Shown: in pieces, positions 25,241 to 39,559 of the stretch
How positions within the stretch are numbered: the stretch's first letter is position 1
How the letters are laid out: every line of letters starts with the position of its first letter
Assembly (NCBI RefSeq): GCF_006345805.1
Contig: NC_042997.1
Coordinates: 160,642,001-160,706,000 of the forward strand
Source: Octopus sinensis
Taxonomy: Eukaryota
Direction of reading: 5' to 3'
DNA length: 64,000 bases
The notes under the pieces: model-generated
Seen by the model: the letters and a program-made list of their open reading frames with translations, nothing else
The model's database searches: none
What the model was told of the DNA's origin: nothing
Made by a program: the position numbers and the translations under genes

Positions 25241-25499
25241 AATAATAATAATAATAGCTAATTCCTAATTTATGCACACTGTCAGAGCATGTGCATTTAC
25301 AGTGTGTGCATCTGAACAAGAGCATAGCATTTTCTTCACTAAATTGAAAACAGTTATCCGTTAAATTCAGTATCATCTCAAAGCCATATTAATGGCCGAT
25401 ATTAAACCAGAATAGGTTACAAACACACAATCTGGTCAAAAGTAATAGGAAAGCATAGATCAGAAAAAATGAAAAGAAATGGCTTACGGTTATTGTCTC

Positions 25500-26580
25500 G
25501 TTGTCAACAATTTCTTTTAACAATTACAATCACAATATTTCACCAGGCAAATAAATATATAACTATCTAAAAGCATCCTCGATCTGGGAAGTGGCAAATA
25601 TTGACTATGCATAACTAAGGGGGAAGAGTGCAGTTGTATCAGACTAACCAGAGCTACAAAACTCCCGAGTGATACTCGATTCACGGAATGGCCCGCAGTA
25701 TTGTCATTTTTAAACTATCTACAAAAACGCCATTACGATCCAATATTCCACCATGAATATTGGATCTTCATTAAAAAATCCAGAAACGATACAAAATTTT
25801 GAAACACATCTCAATTTGATCCTAAATCATTGTGGCGTAACATTCGTGACTGCATCAAATCATATGCCGGAGAAATTCTAAGATTCGTCAAATGCAAGCA
25901 TCATGACTGCTTCAGTGAGAATGATTCTCAAATCGAACTTCCCCTAAAAGCTATGCACGAAAGCTCACATAAAACTCACCTGTACACATTTTTAAACATC
26001 TCGAAGAAAATTGCTCACAAAAAATTGCGCGGGAATAATATATTTTGGTAGGCAAAAAAAGAAAGCCCCAAAATTGTAATTGGTCGGTAACACTCCAAAA
26101 CTAAGAGCCTTGCATGATAATTTGAAAGACATATTTGTTACAAAAAGAGCACTAACTTATGCTGTCTAATAACGGGTCAAATCTCTTAAGTAGCAAAGAT
26201 GAAATTCTGAAAAGATGGTCTGAGCACTATAAATCCCATAGAAGTGTATAAGCATGGGAACGCACAACTTCGAAGAAAGCTGTAAAAATTAACTGTTTGA
26301 TCAGGAAACTGCATTAGTTTTCCAACAAGTCAGAGATGCATCTGTAACGCATTTGTACAAAAACAAGGCGAAGTTGAGTGGATGTGGTTATTACAGAAGA
26401 ATAGTTTTGCCGTGCATAGTTCAAAAAATTCTTACGACGGTGATTCTTAACCGCACCAATTAGCATGTAATAAAAAACAATATATCCTGAATCCCAGAAT
26501 CGATTTCCGACTCGGAAAAGCACAGATGATATGATCGTTGCTCTTAAGCAAATTCAAGAAAAAGCACGTGAGCAAACCAC
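25500..26580 (+). mobile_element. Decayed RTE-clade LINE fragment (end of APE to start of RT)
   Basis: RSGKWQILD, KHHDCFSENDSQI (cf. KHQDWFDEND), RWSEHY, DASVTHLYKNK, PESQ..FR..KSTDDMIVALKQIQEKAREQ. Confidence 0.8.
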
Positions 26581-28213
26581 TGATTGGTAGGTATATGACC
26601 GGCGCTACACTAGTATAAGGAAAAGCGATAAACCCGCTTGTAACTGAGTGAACTCAGTTAAAGGTATCCAACAGCTAAGTAACAGCTTTAAGTCCACCAT
26701 GCCCCATAACTAAGATGGTTTACCGAAATAAAAAGCACACTATGCTCTTCGAGAAAATTTATATCTGGCATTGGGCGAATAGATTTGATGGAAGTTAGTG
26801 ACCCAAAATTCTGCACAGTGATATCGAACCAAAAACCAAACAGCTGGTAAGTGATATTTTCTCTTAAAGTGTACTAATATTTATCATAATATTTGTTGCT
26901 TCTTGAAGAAGCATCTTACATTTCTATACCTAAATGATCTATAAAACTGATACTTGCGTCAAATTATAATAATATTTCGATTTTAAGTTTTCATAGTGAC
27001 AAATCTACTGGAAAACTTATAGTTAATGATCATTTTGATCGCTAATCCTTCGGCAAGTTACGACAAGTTGTAAACTTCCACCGCCAACTCACGGCTGGAA
27101 GAAAGTGAAACGTGTTCTAAATTGTCTTCCAACGCTTGCTGATACAAACTGCAAAATGATATTCATCATAAAGATATATTGTTTGTCCTTAATTGCATAA
27201 TAGCTTCTACTTTACTTTTTAATGTTCCATACGGTGAATACCCTTACACAGTAAATGTATAATACCCACACGTAATTTACGGGTGTTAATTATGAGGAAT
27301 GTAATGTAAAGTATCAATATCACGTCAGGAATCGACATCAAATAACAATGTAATAAACTTGTTCATTGACTGAAAGTGTCAATAAGACCTTCGGAGTTTT
27401 AAAGAAAATGATATTGTTTGGAGATAAATTTTTATAATGAAGCTCGAATCTCCAAGTGAAACAAGTTAATCTATAAAACACATGCTTCTACCTGTTTTCC
27501 TCCTCTGGTGATCAAGATCTTGACTTCAGCCATGAGGTCAATTCGGGTTTTATATATCGGTATATGTTGATAAGAAACATTGTGACATGAAAATATCGAT
27601 CACATGCAAGCACATCTAGTCTGTGGCTTCGTTTAATGTACTGACCGACAGCTTTTGCAGAGTGTTGTTTGCATTGCCTTGATGCAGCCTCTGAATAGGA
27701 ATTGATGTATTTTCTAATGAGGATATGTGCAAGGAGCCTGTTCAGAGAAAGGTATAGAAATTGTTCGACAAACACTTCTGACAATTTCCGGAGGTAAAGC
27801 AGGAGAAAATTCCGCTCTTGGACATGTGGCCTTTAAACAGCAATCCTCTTCTGCCAGATTTGACAACAGTCTTCAGCAGATTCGTATAGCCGTCTCAAAT
27901 ATGCCCTGTTTATCAGTTGCTTGATGGATTCCGACATGCAAATGCAGTCAGAACACCTGCTATGTCCTTTTGCTGGCCACAATATCAGAGTTGCAGCCGT
28001 TCATGCCATATCATATAGCCTTTACAGTATTCACAGATCATGGAACATGATATCTATACTTTGATACCCGATGTAAATCATCACGATACAAGAACCCCTT
28101 CCTAATATTCAAACGTCCTGGAAGTAGAAATTTAAGAAAGAAGGCAAAATGACGGTTACGCTTACGTGTATTTCTTGTTTTGAAAGCCTACCTCGAAAAG
28201 ATTTTAAATGAAT

Positions 28214-28402
28214 AACAGGCGCAGAGTGGCTGTGTAAGTAGCCACGTACCATGTGGCTGGTAAGTAGCTTTCTTACCAACCACATAGTTCTGGATTCAAT
28301 CCCACTGCGTGGCACCTTGGGCAAGTGCCTCCTACTATAGCCTCGGGCCGACCAAAGCCTTGTGAGTGGATTTGGTAGACGGAAACTGAAAAAAGCCCGT
28401 CG

Positions 28403-28435
<33 letters not shown>

Positions 28436-28664
28436 TATATATGTATGTATGCATGTATTATGTGCTTGTATGTTTGCGTTTGTCCCCCAACATCGCTTGA
28501 CAACCGATGCTGGTGTGTTTACATCCCCGTAACTTAGCGGTTCGGCAAAATAGACCGATAGAATAAGTACTAGGTTTACAAAGAATAAGTCCTGGGGGCA
28601 ATTTTCTCGACTAAAGGTGGTGCTCCAGCATGGCCGCAGTCAAATGACTGAAACAAGTAAAGAG
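28214..28664 (+). mobile_element. tRNA-derived SINE (family 1) with internal (TA)n
   Basis: GTGGCTGGTAAGTAG...GGATTCAATCCCACTGCGTGGCACCTTGGGCAAG head; homologues at 37499-37996 and 55845-56065. Confidence 0.9.
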
Positions 28665-30051
28665 TCATAAAACAAAATATCATGCGAAGAAGGTTTTGAT
28701 ATGGACGAACCGTTGTTATATTTAATTAAGAAAATTATCCAAAGCAAATCCATGGCAATAAAGTTGCCCGACAAAACAATTATTACAAGTGCCTCTTTAT
28801 AGAAGAGAATGTTTAATTATGGTGATGACATCGGAAGCAGAATAATAGAAACCAACTCATTATTCGTCTTTGCCTTTCTGAACAACGTTGGAGGCGTTGT
28901 AAATGTAAGTATGGTAAAAAAGGAAAACTTGATTGCAGTAAACATATATTTTTAACTAGTGAGTCATGAGAGTATACAAGATTGCTTCTCGTAAAATGCT
29001 CAGGAGAACATGATTTAAGATTAGTGGTGGAAAGTAGAAAGCTTCAATATTTTAAGTAAACGGGAGACCGACTTTCTGAAGCGAATACAAGTGTCCTCTC
29101 CTTGAGCAGGTAGGTATACATAAAAGTAGAAATTCAAAGTCAAATTTAGAATTTTAGTTTCAAATTTTAATTAAAACTTTAGCTTTTAAATTTTAATCTT
29201 AAATATCAAATTTTACATCTTGTTTGGTAGTATGGGCATCTATTTCTAACACTATACCAACCAAACTTGCCCTGATTCTCCCAACTTCTCCATAATATCA
29301 GACCATCTACTACATCAGACTTTCAGTACCTTTTCACAACCGTTTTATAACGCTCATACATCCTCTCTCTCCCATTGCTACCCAACCTGTAGGTCTGTTA
29401 TCTTCTACTCTTCATTCCCTATCTATTTTGTTCGCGCACGCAACCGCTAACCGTTTTTACAAGAGTACCCTTCGCTATGCCAATTAGTATATATCTAATA
29501 CAAAACAACCCACCTGCCTGTCCTATTATAGTGTAGTATATTCAAATTTACTTCAGTCTGTATCCAACTGGAACAAGTAATATCTATTTCCCTTGTCATG
29601 GTTTATAATCAAACCATTCCCTCTTTTTATTCTCCTAATGGATATTACCAGATTTCTTTTTTTGTGCACAGATCTACCCAATGAATACCCATTTTTTAAA
29701 TGGATTTTTAAAATTGAATTTCTCCTCCCTTTCTCGACAAAATGAACTACAATAATATTATGGATGAGTAATATTCCTTCACAGATACATCTGTCTAACT
29801 TCTCTTTCTCTCTCTTTCTCTCTCCCTCTCCCTCTATGATGACTATGTTACATCTGTCTAGCCTCTCTCCCCCCTCTCTCTCTCTGATGACGATGCGCTC
29901 AGCCTATAGAGTTCTCGCTAAGCACGATGTTCCAATAGCTTGGATATTCTAGAAACAACTGTTAGAGACAATGTATAGCCTTTTTATTACATATTTAAAT
30001 TAATGTCCTCGTCAAGTCTTGCTAAATGGTTTACCTTTTCATTTTTGTTTT

Positions 30052-30052
30052 A

Positions 30053-30084
<32 letters not shown>

Positions 30085-30179
30085 GCCTTTATGTCTATCT
30101 ATCTATCTATCTATCTATCTCTCTATCAATCTATTTATCTGCCTTTCTGTCTATCTATCTATCTATCTATCTATCTATA

Positions 30180-30223
<44 letters not shown>

Positions 30224-30260
30224 AATCTATCTATCTATCTATCAATCTATCTATCTATCT
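30052..30260. repeat. (ATCT)n microsatellite
   Basis: Directly visible. Confidence 0.95.
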
Positions 30261-30265
30261 CTCTG

Positions 30266-30307
<42 letters not shown>

Positions 30308-30489
30308 TAAAGTATATTCTGTATAATGCTTTAGAACTGGAAACTCCTTGTATCTTACGCTCTGTTTTACATTGCTGATTATTTAACAAAGTAGGAACGA
30401 AATCTGCGCGACAGTAGGGAAGCAGAATATTATTACTCAGAAATCTCGAAGGATAATCATACTCCAAAGTGTTTGGGGAGTTTTTGCTT

Positions 30490-30885
30490 ATATATTGAGG
30501 AGGGATCTAGCTGATTATATCGAGCCCAGTACTCAAATTTTACCCATCTTTTCGAACTCGAAACGATGAAAGGTAAAGTCATCCCCGGGGGAATTTGAAC
30601 TTAGAACGTAAAGACGGACGAAATACTGCAAAATATTTCGTCTGGCATGCTAACGATTCAGCCAGTTCACTACCGTAATAATAATGATTTCAAATTTTGG
30701 TCAGTAATTTTGTGGGAGGGAGAAAGTCGATTTCATCGACACCAGTACTCAATTGGTACTTAATTTATCGACCCCAAAAGAATAAATGGCAAAGTCGACC
30801 TTGGCAAAATTTGAACTCAGAACGTAAAATCAGCTGAAGTGTCACTAAGCACTTTGCCGGCGTGCTAACGATTCTGCCAGCTCAA
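30490..30885 (-). mobile_element. Two tandem copies of tRNA-derived SINE family 2
   Basis: Antisense copies containing GAGTTCAAAT B-box-like motif and GAGCTGGCAGAATCGTTAGCAC head; homologues at 33420-33625 and 40625-40830. Confidence 0.85.
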
Positions 30886-31504
30886 ATATTGGGAAATCCC
30901 CAAAGTATCAGAATTACAAAAATAACAAATATTAAAAAAAGTCCAGTAACTTCACTTCATCGCAGGGAAAGTTCACCGTCATTAATTCAACATTTCTTTT
31001 TTGTTCGTTGTTCCTTTTTCAATAAAATTGTTTGTATTTATTAATTGAGATACTTTGGGTATAATTTCTCGGTAAACTTTCCTTGCGGTGGAATTGATGG
31101 CAGTGAACTTTCTTGGCGATGAACTGCTGGCAGTGAACTTATCTGTAATCAAAAATATTTCTATATCAGGGAACCTAAAAGTATCAGAGAAAATAGCACA
31201 GCTTCCATGACTTTCGGAAACATTTTTCCACGCTAAGAGTTGCTGAAGTATGGAACAAACTGCCGGCATCAGTTGTTAGTTATCGGAGCACTGCATCCTT
31301 CAAAACTTCCATGCTTCCTGAGATTCGCCAACACTGCACCTGATTTTCCCCCCTCCATACATACGCAAGCATGTATCTGACTCATACACAGTTCACTTCC
31401 CAGACATTTGTACACTACTTCATATGCTTTATACGCACTTTTGACAAGTTGTGGTGCACCTGAGCACTACATACAGTAAGTTCATTATTATTATTATTAC
31501 TATT

Positions 31505-31807
31505 ATTATTACCTTTTTTTTTCTTCTTTCAAATTTGCTTCCATTTCTTGCCGTGTGTCTTCCCGACTCCTAGGGCAATAAAACTCATAGTATATATTGA
31601 TAGGCCATTAAACCAAACTCAATAGTTCGTTAATTTAAAAAATTTTTTTTTTTAAAGTTAAATTAAAATACATGAGCAGCAACAGTTCTCACATCGACAA
31701 TGCTCTTCTCAATACGTGTGATGTACCAGTTAAGACAATCTTTTGCACTTCTTGCAGGGATGGTAAGCCAGGGATCATACTCATATAATTTTCGGTTCCC
31801 TTCGTGA

Positions 31808-31840
<33 letters not shown>

Positions 31841-32430
31841 TATTATTATTATTATATTATTATTATTATTATTATATTATTATATTATTATTATTATTAT
31901 TATTATATTATATTATTATTATTATTATTGTTATTATTATATATTATTATTATGTTTTTTCCTTCTTTCTTCAAATTTTCTTCCGTTTCTCGACGAGTGT
32001 TTTCCATACACCTAGGGTAGAGAAGGGCATTGTATGCATTCCCAGATTACACGCGCAAATTCACAGATAAAATATGTATTTGAAAATTAATAAATAAATA
32101 AATTCATGGATGGATGTTATTTTCACAGCGATAGTGCTCTTCTTAGTACATGAGCCGTTCCAGTTAATACGATTTTTTGCACTTCCTGTAGGGATGGTAA
32201 GCCTGGAATCATTTTCAAATAGGTTTCGGTACCTTTTTTAATCATTCCTAGATATCCTACAATCACTGGTACTGTAGTCGCCTTGAGATGCCACACTTTT
32301 TCAATTTCTGTTAGCAGGTCTTTATATTTACTAATCTTGTCAAATTCTTTCGCCGCTACATTGTGATCACAGGGAATACTCATGTCAATTAATAAACACA
32401 TCATTTTTGTCTGATCTTTTATAATAATAT
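31505..32430 (-). mobile_element. Two stacked antisense R4-clade 3' fragments separated by (ATT)n
   Basis: 31955-32430 encodes CLLIDMSIPCD...IPGLPSLQEVQKIVLTGTAHVLRRALS; 31505-31805 encodes IPGLPSLQEVQKIVLTGTSHVLRRALSM. Tail at 31810-31950. Confidence 0.85.
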
Positions 32431-32619
32431 CTGAAGTGGTAATTACCTGAACTACTAATTACCCGCAATGATAATTATTTTATCAACTCTGTAAAGATGA
32501 AAGGCAAAATCAACATCGACAACATTTGAACTAAGAACGTAGTGAGATGGAAGAAATTGCTAAGCATATATTTGATTATAAGCGATAATAACGAGCTGAA
32601 ATAGGAAATCAATTAGAAC

Positions 32620-32810
32620 GAGTTAATTAGGGAATCAATTGTATGTGAAAAATAAAGAATGTAAGTATCATATCAGTAATCGTAGGTGCATTAGAGACAG
32701 CAAAAGAAAACAATAGCAAAACAGCTAGAGAAAATCGAAGCAGATTATGAGATAGAGCTATTACAAACAGTTGTTTATTGCCAACTGCTAAAATATTACG
32801 AGGGTGAACT
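32620..32810 (+). mobile_element. R4-clade C-terminal fragment
   Basis: VSIISVIVGALETAK...QLEKIE...LLQT..LLPTAKILR. Confidence 0.6.
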
Positions 32811-33419
32811 AGATTGATGGAAAGGAATGGAAAATGCAAGGAGGCGGTTCCTTGATAGATAAGACTATCGAAGAAGGAAAATTATTAAGTTAGGCTTGTT
32901 CTCTCTCTCTCTCTCTCTCTCCCTCTCTCTCTCTTCCGAATAGTGCAATGCTGCTTTTCTGCTTCGTTGAATCCTACCGTCACTTTTTGGACTAATACTT
33001 TCATATAGAGTAATTTAAAATCGGTGTAAAAACAAATTTTCTCCTCTTCCTCATTAAGGTTAGACGTTTGTTTTCCTGTAGTAGGCTGACTGCAAGTCCT
33101 TATATACACTTTTTAATTCTTCCTTTCTCTGATCAACACTAGGATACTCGGCGTATTTCTATTTTTTTTCCTTTCACACATCAACGTTGAAAACATGCCA
33201 GTGATACGTCCACCCAGTCTTGCCCCCACTATCTATACCGGAAGCCTTGACAAATACAACGAATAGGATAACAGTTGTGAGAATGATAGTAATGATACTA
33301 ATATGTATGGAAGTGAAGATAATAAAAGTTGTAGAAATAATAATGATGATTATGAGGACAGTAGTAGTAGTAGTTGTAGTAGCAGTAGTAATAACAGCAG
33401 CAGCAGCAGCAACAGCATG

Positions 33420-33625
33420 GTTTCAAGTTTTGGCACAAGGCCAGCAATATCGGGGAAGCCATAAGTCGATTACATCGACCCTAGCAATCAAGAAGTACTA
33501 ATTTTATCGAACTAGAAATGATGAAAGGCAAAGTCGTCCTCAGCGGAATTTGAACTCAGTACGTGAAGATGGACGAAATGCTGCTAAGCATTCTACGCGG
33601 CGTGCTAATGATTCTGCCAGGTCGA
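33420..33625 (-). mobile_element. SINE family 2
   Basis: Homology to 30490-30885. Confidence 0.85.
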
Positions 33626-34149
33626 GGTGATGTTGAAGGACAAATCTAAGTGATACCCGTATGAAGCTAGATGAAAAGGTTTTAAACAGAATAAATTGCT
33701 TCAATCAACCAAAACAAGGCATTTTGAAGAAATAGTGGGGGAACATCAGGAAGTGATTGCTGATGTGGAAGAAAGTAAAACTTTTGGGGGATAACATTGA
33801 GACTTAACGAAAGTGCAGAGTGGTAACAGGTGAAGAGACAAGCAGTTGATGCACATGTTCTCTGCTTGAAAGCTTGAAAGTTAATATTAATTCAATTTAA
33901 AAATATTTAGCCACTCTTCAGGTCAAAATATAACTAAATATAACTGAGTAACTAAATAGTGGTTTGTCTCTAAATTTATATATACATATATAATATATAT
34001 TGTGATTTTTTGACTTAGTGTGCTAAATTAAATTTTTTCCCTGTTGACTTGGAATTATTATATTCCCTATCTTGTAAGAATATTAATATTTGTATTTATA
34101 ACTACCGTTTGTCGATTATATTTAAGTTTCCATTTCGTTAGTAATGGCG

Positions 34150-35540
34150 TTTTCATGTTAGAGAGAACCGCTATTTTGGAATTCATCTTTGAAGATATTC
34201 TTATCCCACCTAGAGAAGAATATACTTTGAAACTAACTAATAATGTTAAAAATGTTATTAATCGGATTAAAAGGAAAGCCTACTTCATTAATTGTAATAT
34301 ATCTAATATTAACGATGTAGGTAGTACTAATTAATATTAATACAAAATTTATATCTAGAAAGGAACCACCGTATAATACAGGGAAATACAGGGTTTAGAA
34401 GATAATATTTGCAAAGTAGTGAAAAATATTAAATTTCATAGATACCCAAATAGGCACAATAAATATTTAAGAAATCTAGCTATAAAAATAACAGAAGTAC
34501 AATCCGATAAAACTAGGAACCAGTATAAACTGAATGTTAAATTATATGATAATTTATTGGAAAAAGAAATAAATAAAAAATATAAAATTGTTTCTGAAAA
34601 TACTCTTACTAATATAAATAAATCTTCTTAATTAATCATGATGAAATTTGAGTTAGACAATAGAACTGAACCTTATGTAACTATGCACCCTAGAATTACT
34701 TTAAAAGACCACAAAAATAATTTTTATTCTGACCCAAAATTTAGACAATTTGTCCATGTAAATCAGATCTAGTAAGTAAGATCATTTTAGATAATTATAT
34801 TAATATCTGAAACTTTGGAGTTGTACTAATGATACTTTCGAGTAGTACTAATGATACTTTAAAATGGTTTAATAATACTAACGATAAAAATAGATATAAA
34901 TTCAATCAAATAAATATAGATAATTATTCTTCTATAAATGAGACTGTACTAAACTAATTTATGTAATGAATAAAGTTGGAATGACTTATGATAAAGTTAA
35001 GATAAATTAGATGTAATAATAAATTGTGGGCTAAGAAGGATACTAGAGATTATTTTGATATACCAATGGGGGCACCCGATTCTGCCGAGTTGACTGATTT
35101 AGTAGGTATTTACTTATTATCGGAACTTCAATTAGAATAATTAAATTTGGGGGTGGACTATATAGAGATGACCTTTTTATTATTAAATAAGATTGCACCA
35201 ATAGAACACTAGAAATATATAAGAAGAAACTATAAAAATTTTCTTAAAAGATATGGATTAGGTATTACTATAGATAAAAAGAACTATAATGTTAATTATT
35301 TAGATGCTAATTTTAATTTAATAACAGATAAGATCCAAACATTCCATGAAATTAAGGAATACCTTAGCTATATATATGCTAATAATAATCACCCACCCAT
35401 AATGAAAAGATCGTTGATAAATAATATAGGAAAAAGAATTTTGGCTCTTCTAATTTTAAGATTTTCTAAAAACACGCACCTTATTATAATGAAGCCTTGA
35501 GGGAGGCGGGATATAATAAAAGTATTAAATCCCTCAATAA
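34150..35540 (+). mobile_element. Decayed Penelope-like reverse transcriptase
   Basis: IPPREEYTLKL..RIKRKAYF, ITLKDHKNNF..DPKFR, FDIPMGAPDSAELTDLVGIYLL, GLYRDD (35155-35172), VNYLDANF, NNNHPP, YNEALREAGY. Flanking repeat 33950-34080 matches 38050-38220. Confidence 0.9.
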
Positions 35541-35749
35541 TTGTAGTTTTAATAATAATATAAAAAATAATAATATAAATGATTCTTATGATATTTATAA
35601 TAATAAACCTAATATTAAGAATTATTATAAGTTTAGATCAGTTAATTATGTTTTTAATATTCGGTTTTATGATAATACAAAAAATAAATATGGTTTTTTT
35701 AAACTGTTTAATAATTGCTTTAAAATTTTGACCTGGAGTACCGAGTGCC

Positions 35750-37500
35750 CTTTGCTCTGTTTTGAACTGTTGCTCTCTCTCTCTCTCTCTCTTCGTCTAT
35801 CTTTTATTTAAAAAACACTCTTCATTGTGCTGTTAGTTTTTCTCTCCTTCCTTTTTGTTCGAACTTTTCTCTTCCTTCTTCCTTAATTATAGTGTATTTT
35901 AAGAACTATATTTTTTGACATTTAAAAAAAAAAACATGTCAAATAACAATGGAAAGCGGGTGGAGTGGGAAATTACACCACCCCAAAAATGGTTAAAAGA
36001 ACTTGAAAGTAAGATAGTGGTTTGAGGACCTACTCTAGGACCCTCGACGCCATTGCCATTTTCAGAAAGGATATAATCGAAAGAGAGCTGGCAGAATTTA
36101 AAACAGCGATTAAGTTTATCACTCGGGGACGGGGGTCAAATACGTAACCATGTGGCTGCTGTTTGACTCCCCAGAAGTGGTTCGTAAATTTACGAGCCAG
36201 CCCCTGGAGGGCAATGAAATTTTGTTTCTTCCCACTTATTGTGAAAGAAGTTGACGAGGGCTTGGGATTGCAGTTTGCCACCCGGAATTGAGCCTGAGTG
36301 GATAGGAGATACTATCCGCCGGGTCTTGGGTGGCAGTAGCACCAAGTTATTCAACGTAAATATTCTCGCTGCGGCTGACTGGGAGGGGTCAAAAGCTACT
36401 TTGACCTTATGGACCCAGTCAGCCGAAAGTCTGGTATTTCCAGATTTTTTTAGAATGGCGGGGTCTAGATATCCGGTGATGCTTGAGGGACGACACCCTA
36501 CCAAGTTTCATCGGCGCCTGGAGCCTGGCCATATAAAAAAGAACTGTCCTCAAGGGCAAAGTAAAGTCCTGGAGCAGTTGACGGAGACATCTGTAGAGGA
36601 TGGAATGAAGGCAGCCGAGGAGACGGAGAACTCCTCAAAGAAGTTCTGCAAAAGGAAGAAGGTGAGAAATAATGGGAACTCACCGAAGGATCCTGGGAGG
36701 GGAGGCAAATTTCCCGGTCACGGAGGAGACGCACCTTGCCCCAGTCGAGAAGAAAAAAGAGGAAGCGGTGGAGAATCGGGACATTGGCGGGAGTCGGAGA
36801 CATGGCGCCGAAGTGTCCCGGAGCCTCAACGGTTGTGCCACCGGCAGTGGGGAGACACCATTGGCGGGAATTGTGCCGCCAACGGTAGAATTGAGCCCTT
36901 CGGACACGGAGGACAAAGAACTGTTGGTCTTCTTTTATAGAAGTGGAGAAGTGGAAAAGGTGGTGGAAGAACATTACGTGGGAGTAACTTCACACGAGAT
37001 CACGAATGGCCTCCGCAAATAGCTGTAGAGGTCATACGTTGCGCGTTACAAAGGCTGACGGGACTAAAAGAGGAATATCGCTCGTGGCCGGGTGACGCCA
37101 ACTTTGAGCCCGCCTTGATTTTAAAGGAAGCATGGGAGATGCTAGAGTACACGGACACAAGCGATGATGAGGTGGGAAATCGATAAGATGTTGGAAAGGC
37201 TCAGTGTTATAAAGTGTAAGAGGCTCAGCGCTTCATTTGTAAATGGACAAATGTTGATTATATATGAATATGTTATTGTATGGTATTGCATGTTACTTGT
37301 AATGGACTATTAAGTCCAATAATTGTAAAAACTCGTGAGAGCTTCAATATCTTTCTTTTTTATATTGAAAAAATTAAGGTTTTAGAGAAGAAGAAAATCG
37401 TCAGGCGTTTTTTATTTCATCATTTACCTCATCAATGTATGTGTCCAGCCCACAAGCTACTCTTTGTAATGCCTTTATGGCAAATCTTAATGAAATAAAG
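35750..37500 (+). mobile_element. L1/Tx1-like element carrying only ORF1 (gag-like, decayed CCHC) and a 3' UTR
   Basis: ATG at 35936; broken frame ...LPPGIEPEWI...YPVMLEGRHPT...GHIKKNCP (knuckle remnant); higher GC than flanks; AATAAA at ~37495; no ORF2. Confidence 0.6.
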
Positions 37501-37732
37501 TAGCTTGCTTACCAACCACATGATTCCGGGTTCAATCCCACTGCGTGACACTTTGGGGAGGTGTCTTCTACTATAGGTGTCTTCTACTCGGACCGACCAA
37601 ACCCCTTGTGAGTGGATTTGGTAGACGGAACTTAAAGAAGCCCGTTGTATATATGTATATATATATATATTATATATATATATGTATATATATACTTATA
37701 TATATATGTGTGTATATATATATGTGTGTGTG

Positions 37733-37767
<35 letters not shown>

Positions 37768-37996
37768 ATGTGTGTATCTGTGTGTGTGTATGTTTGTGTG
37801 TCTGCGTTTGTCCCCCCAACATCGCTAGACAACCGATATTGGTGTGTTTACGTCTCCGTAACTTAGCGGTTTGGCAAAGAGGACCGATGGAATATTTACT
37901 AGACTTACAAAGAATAGGTCTTGGGGTCGATTTGCACGACTGGAGGCGGTGCTGTAGTATGGCCGCTGTCAAATTACTGAAACAAGTAAATGAGTA
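37499..37996 (+). mobile_element. SINE family 1
   Basis: Homology to 28214-28664. Confidence 0.9.
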
Positions 37997-38496
37997 AAGT
38001 GTAATTAATTTCTCTGTGGTTATTATAGATAATATCGTTTCAGTATTGATTGAATGACTAAACAGTGGTTTGTCTCTAAATTCTCTCTGTCTGTCTGTCT
38101 CTCTCTCTCTATCTTTCTCTCTCTATATATATATATATATATAAAATATTGTAGATTTTTGATTTAGTGTGCTAAATTGAATGTTTTCCCTGTGGCTTGG
38201 TATTATTATATCCCCTAACTATTAATAAATATATATATATATATATGTAATGAATATGTACATATATATATATATATAATATATATATATATAATATTAT
38301 ATATATATATATATATATAATATATATATATGTAAATGAATATGTATATATATATACATACATATATACATATATATAATATGTATACATATATATACAT
38401 ATATCTAATACATATATATATACATATATATATATATGTAAATAAGTATGTATTATATATTATATATATATATATGTGTGTGTGTAAATGAATATG

Positions 38497-38541
<45 letters not shown>

Positions 38542-38972
38542 TTACATATTTATGTGTGTGCGTGTGTAGGTGTGTCCTATGTGCGTGTTCAATTGTTAAG
38601 GCCATTTCTGTACACTGCAAGTATAAACTTGTCTGTTGTATTTATGTGTGCGTATACACCAATACAAACACACAGAGGTATACACACACAGACAACATAC
38701 ACACACACACACACACACACCCACATATATATAAATATATATTCATTTGGATAGTATTTCACAGCGTTGGTTGAGATTCATGGTTAGTGTCATGCAGTTC
38801 AGTTTTATTTGCAGAGACAGATTGTTTTAAATAAAAGAGAGTAAAGCTAAAACGTAGTGATTATTCAATACGAAATATATTTAACGAGAAAAGTTGTGTG
38901 CATTAGAAGTGGTAATTATTTCCTAAATTGTAAATATTTGAAGTGCTATTTATCACAATATAATACAGAAAT

Positions 38973-39327
38973 ATGTATTGGTTCTCAGTTAGTGCCGTCA
39001 TTCGAAAAGTCAATCTTTACGCAATTACTCTCTCAATGCTATTATTCCAAATATGCCTGGGCAGTAATGCAGCATGCCAAGAATATTATGGGACCCGTAT
39101 TCACCCTTCTGTAACTGGCATTCCAGAAGCTGACAAGTTGAATCAGATATCAAACATCCGATCAAAAATTGAGTGCTTTTCTCACTGTGTGGCGTATTCC
39201 AAATGTGGTATGATTATTTACAGCGTTTCCGATAAAATATGTATCCTACGTAAAATCAAGCAATTACCTGAAGCCTTACCATTCATCGACATTCCTCCAA
39301 ACAGCATTTATACCATGCTACAAGCTC
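38973..39327 (+). CDS. Lectin gene exon 1: signal peptide + PAN/apple-like domain
   Basis: Hydrophobic LYAITLSMLLFQICLG then SKIECFSHCVAYSKCGMIIYSVSDKICIL (C-x3-C-x5-C...C). Phase-1 donor C|GTGAGT at 39328. True start or an upstream exon is uncertain. Confidence 0.75.
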
Positions 39328-39559
39328 GTGAGTAGTTTTCTTTTCTAGTCTATGTCTTGTGAATATTTTACTTTTCCTTTCACTTTGTAGAATACGTTAT
39401 TTGTTATTTAATTTAATATTAACAGGATTCCTTTTAAAAGAATGGCTGATATCATCTGTAATCGGCGCTGTGTATACGTGTGCTTTTTGTTATTGTTGAT
39501 TGAGGAACTGTTACGTATTTCTTTCCTTTTCTGTTATTTTTTATTTCAACTTATTGAAG

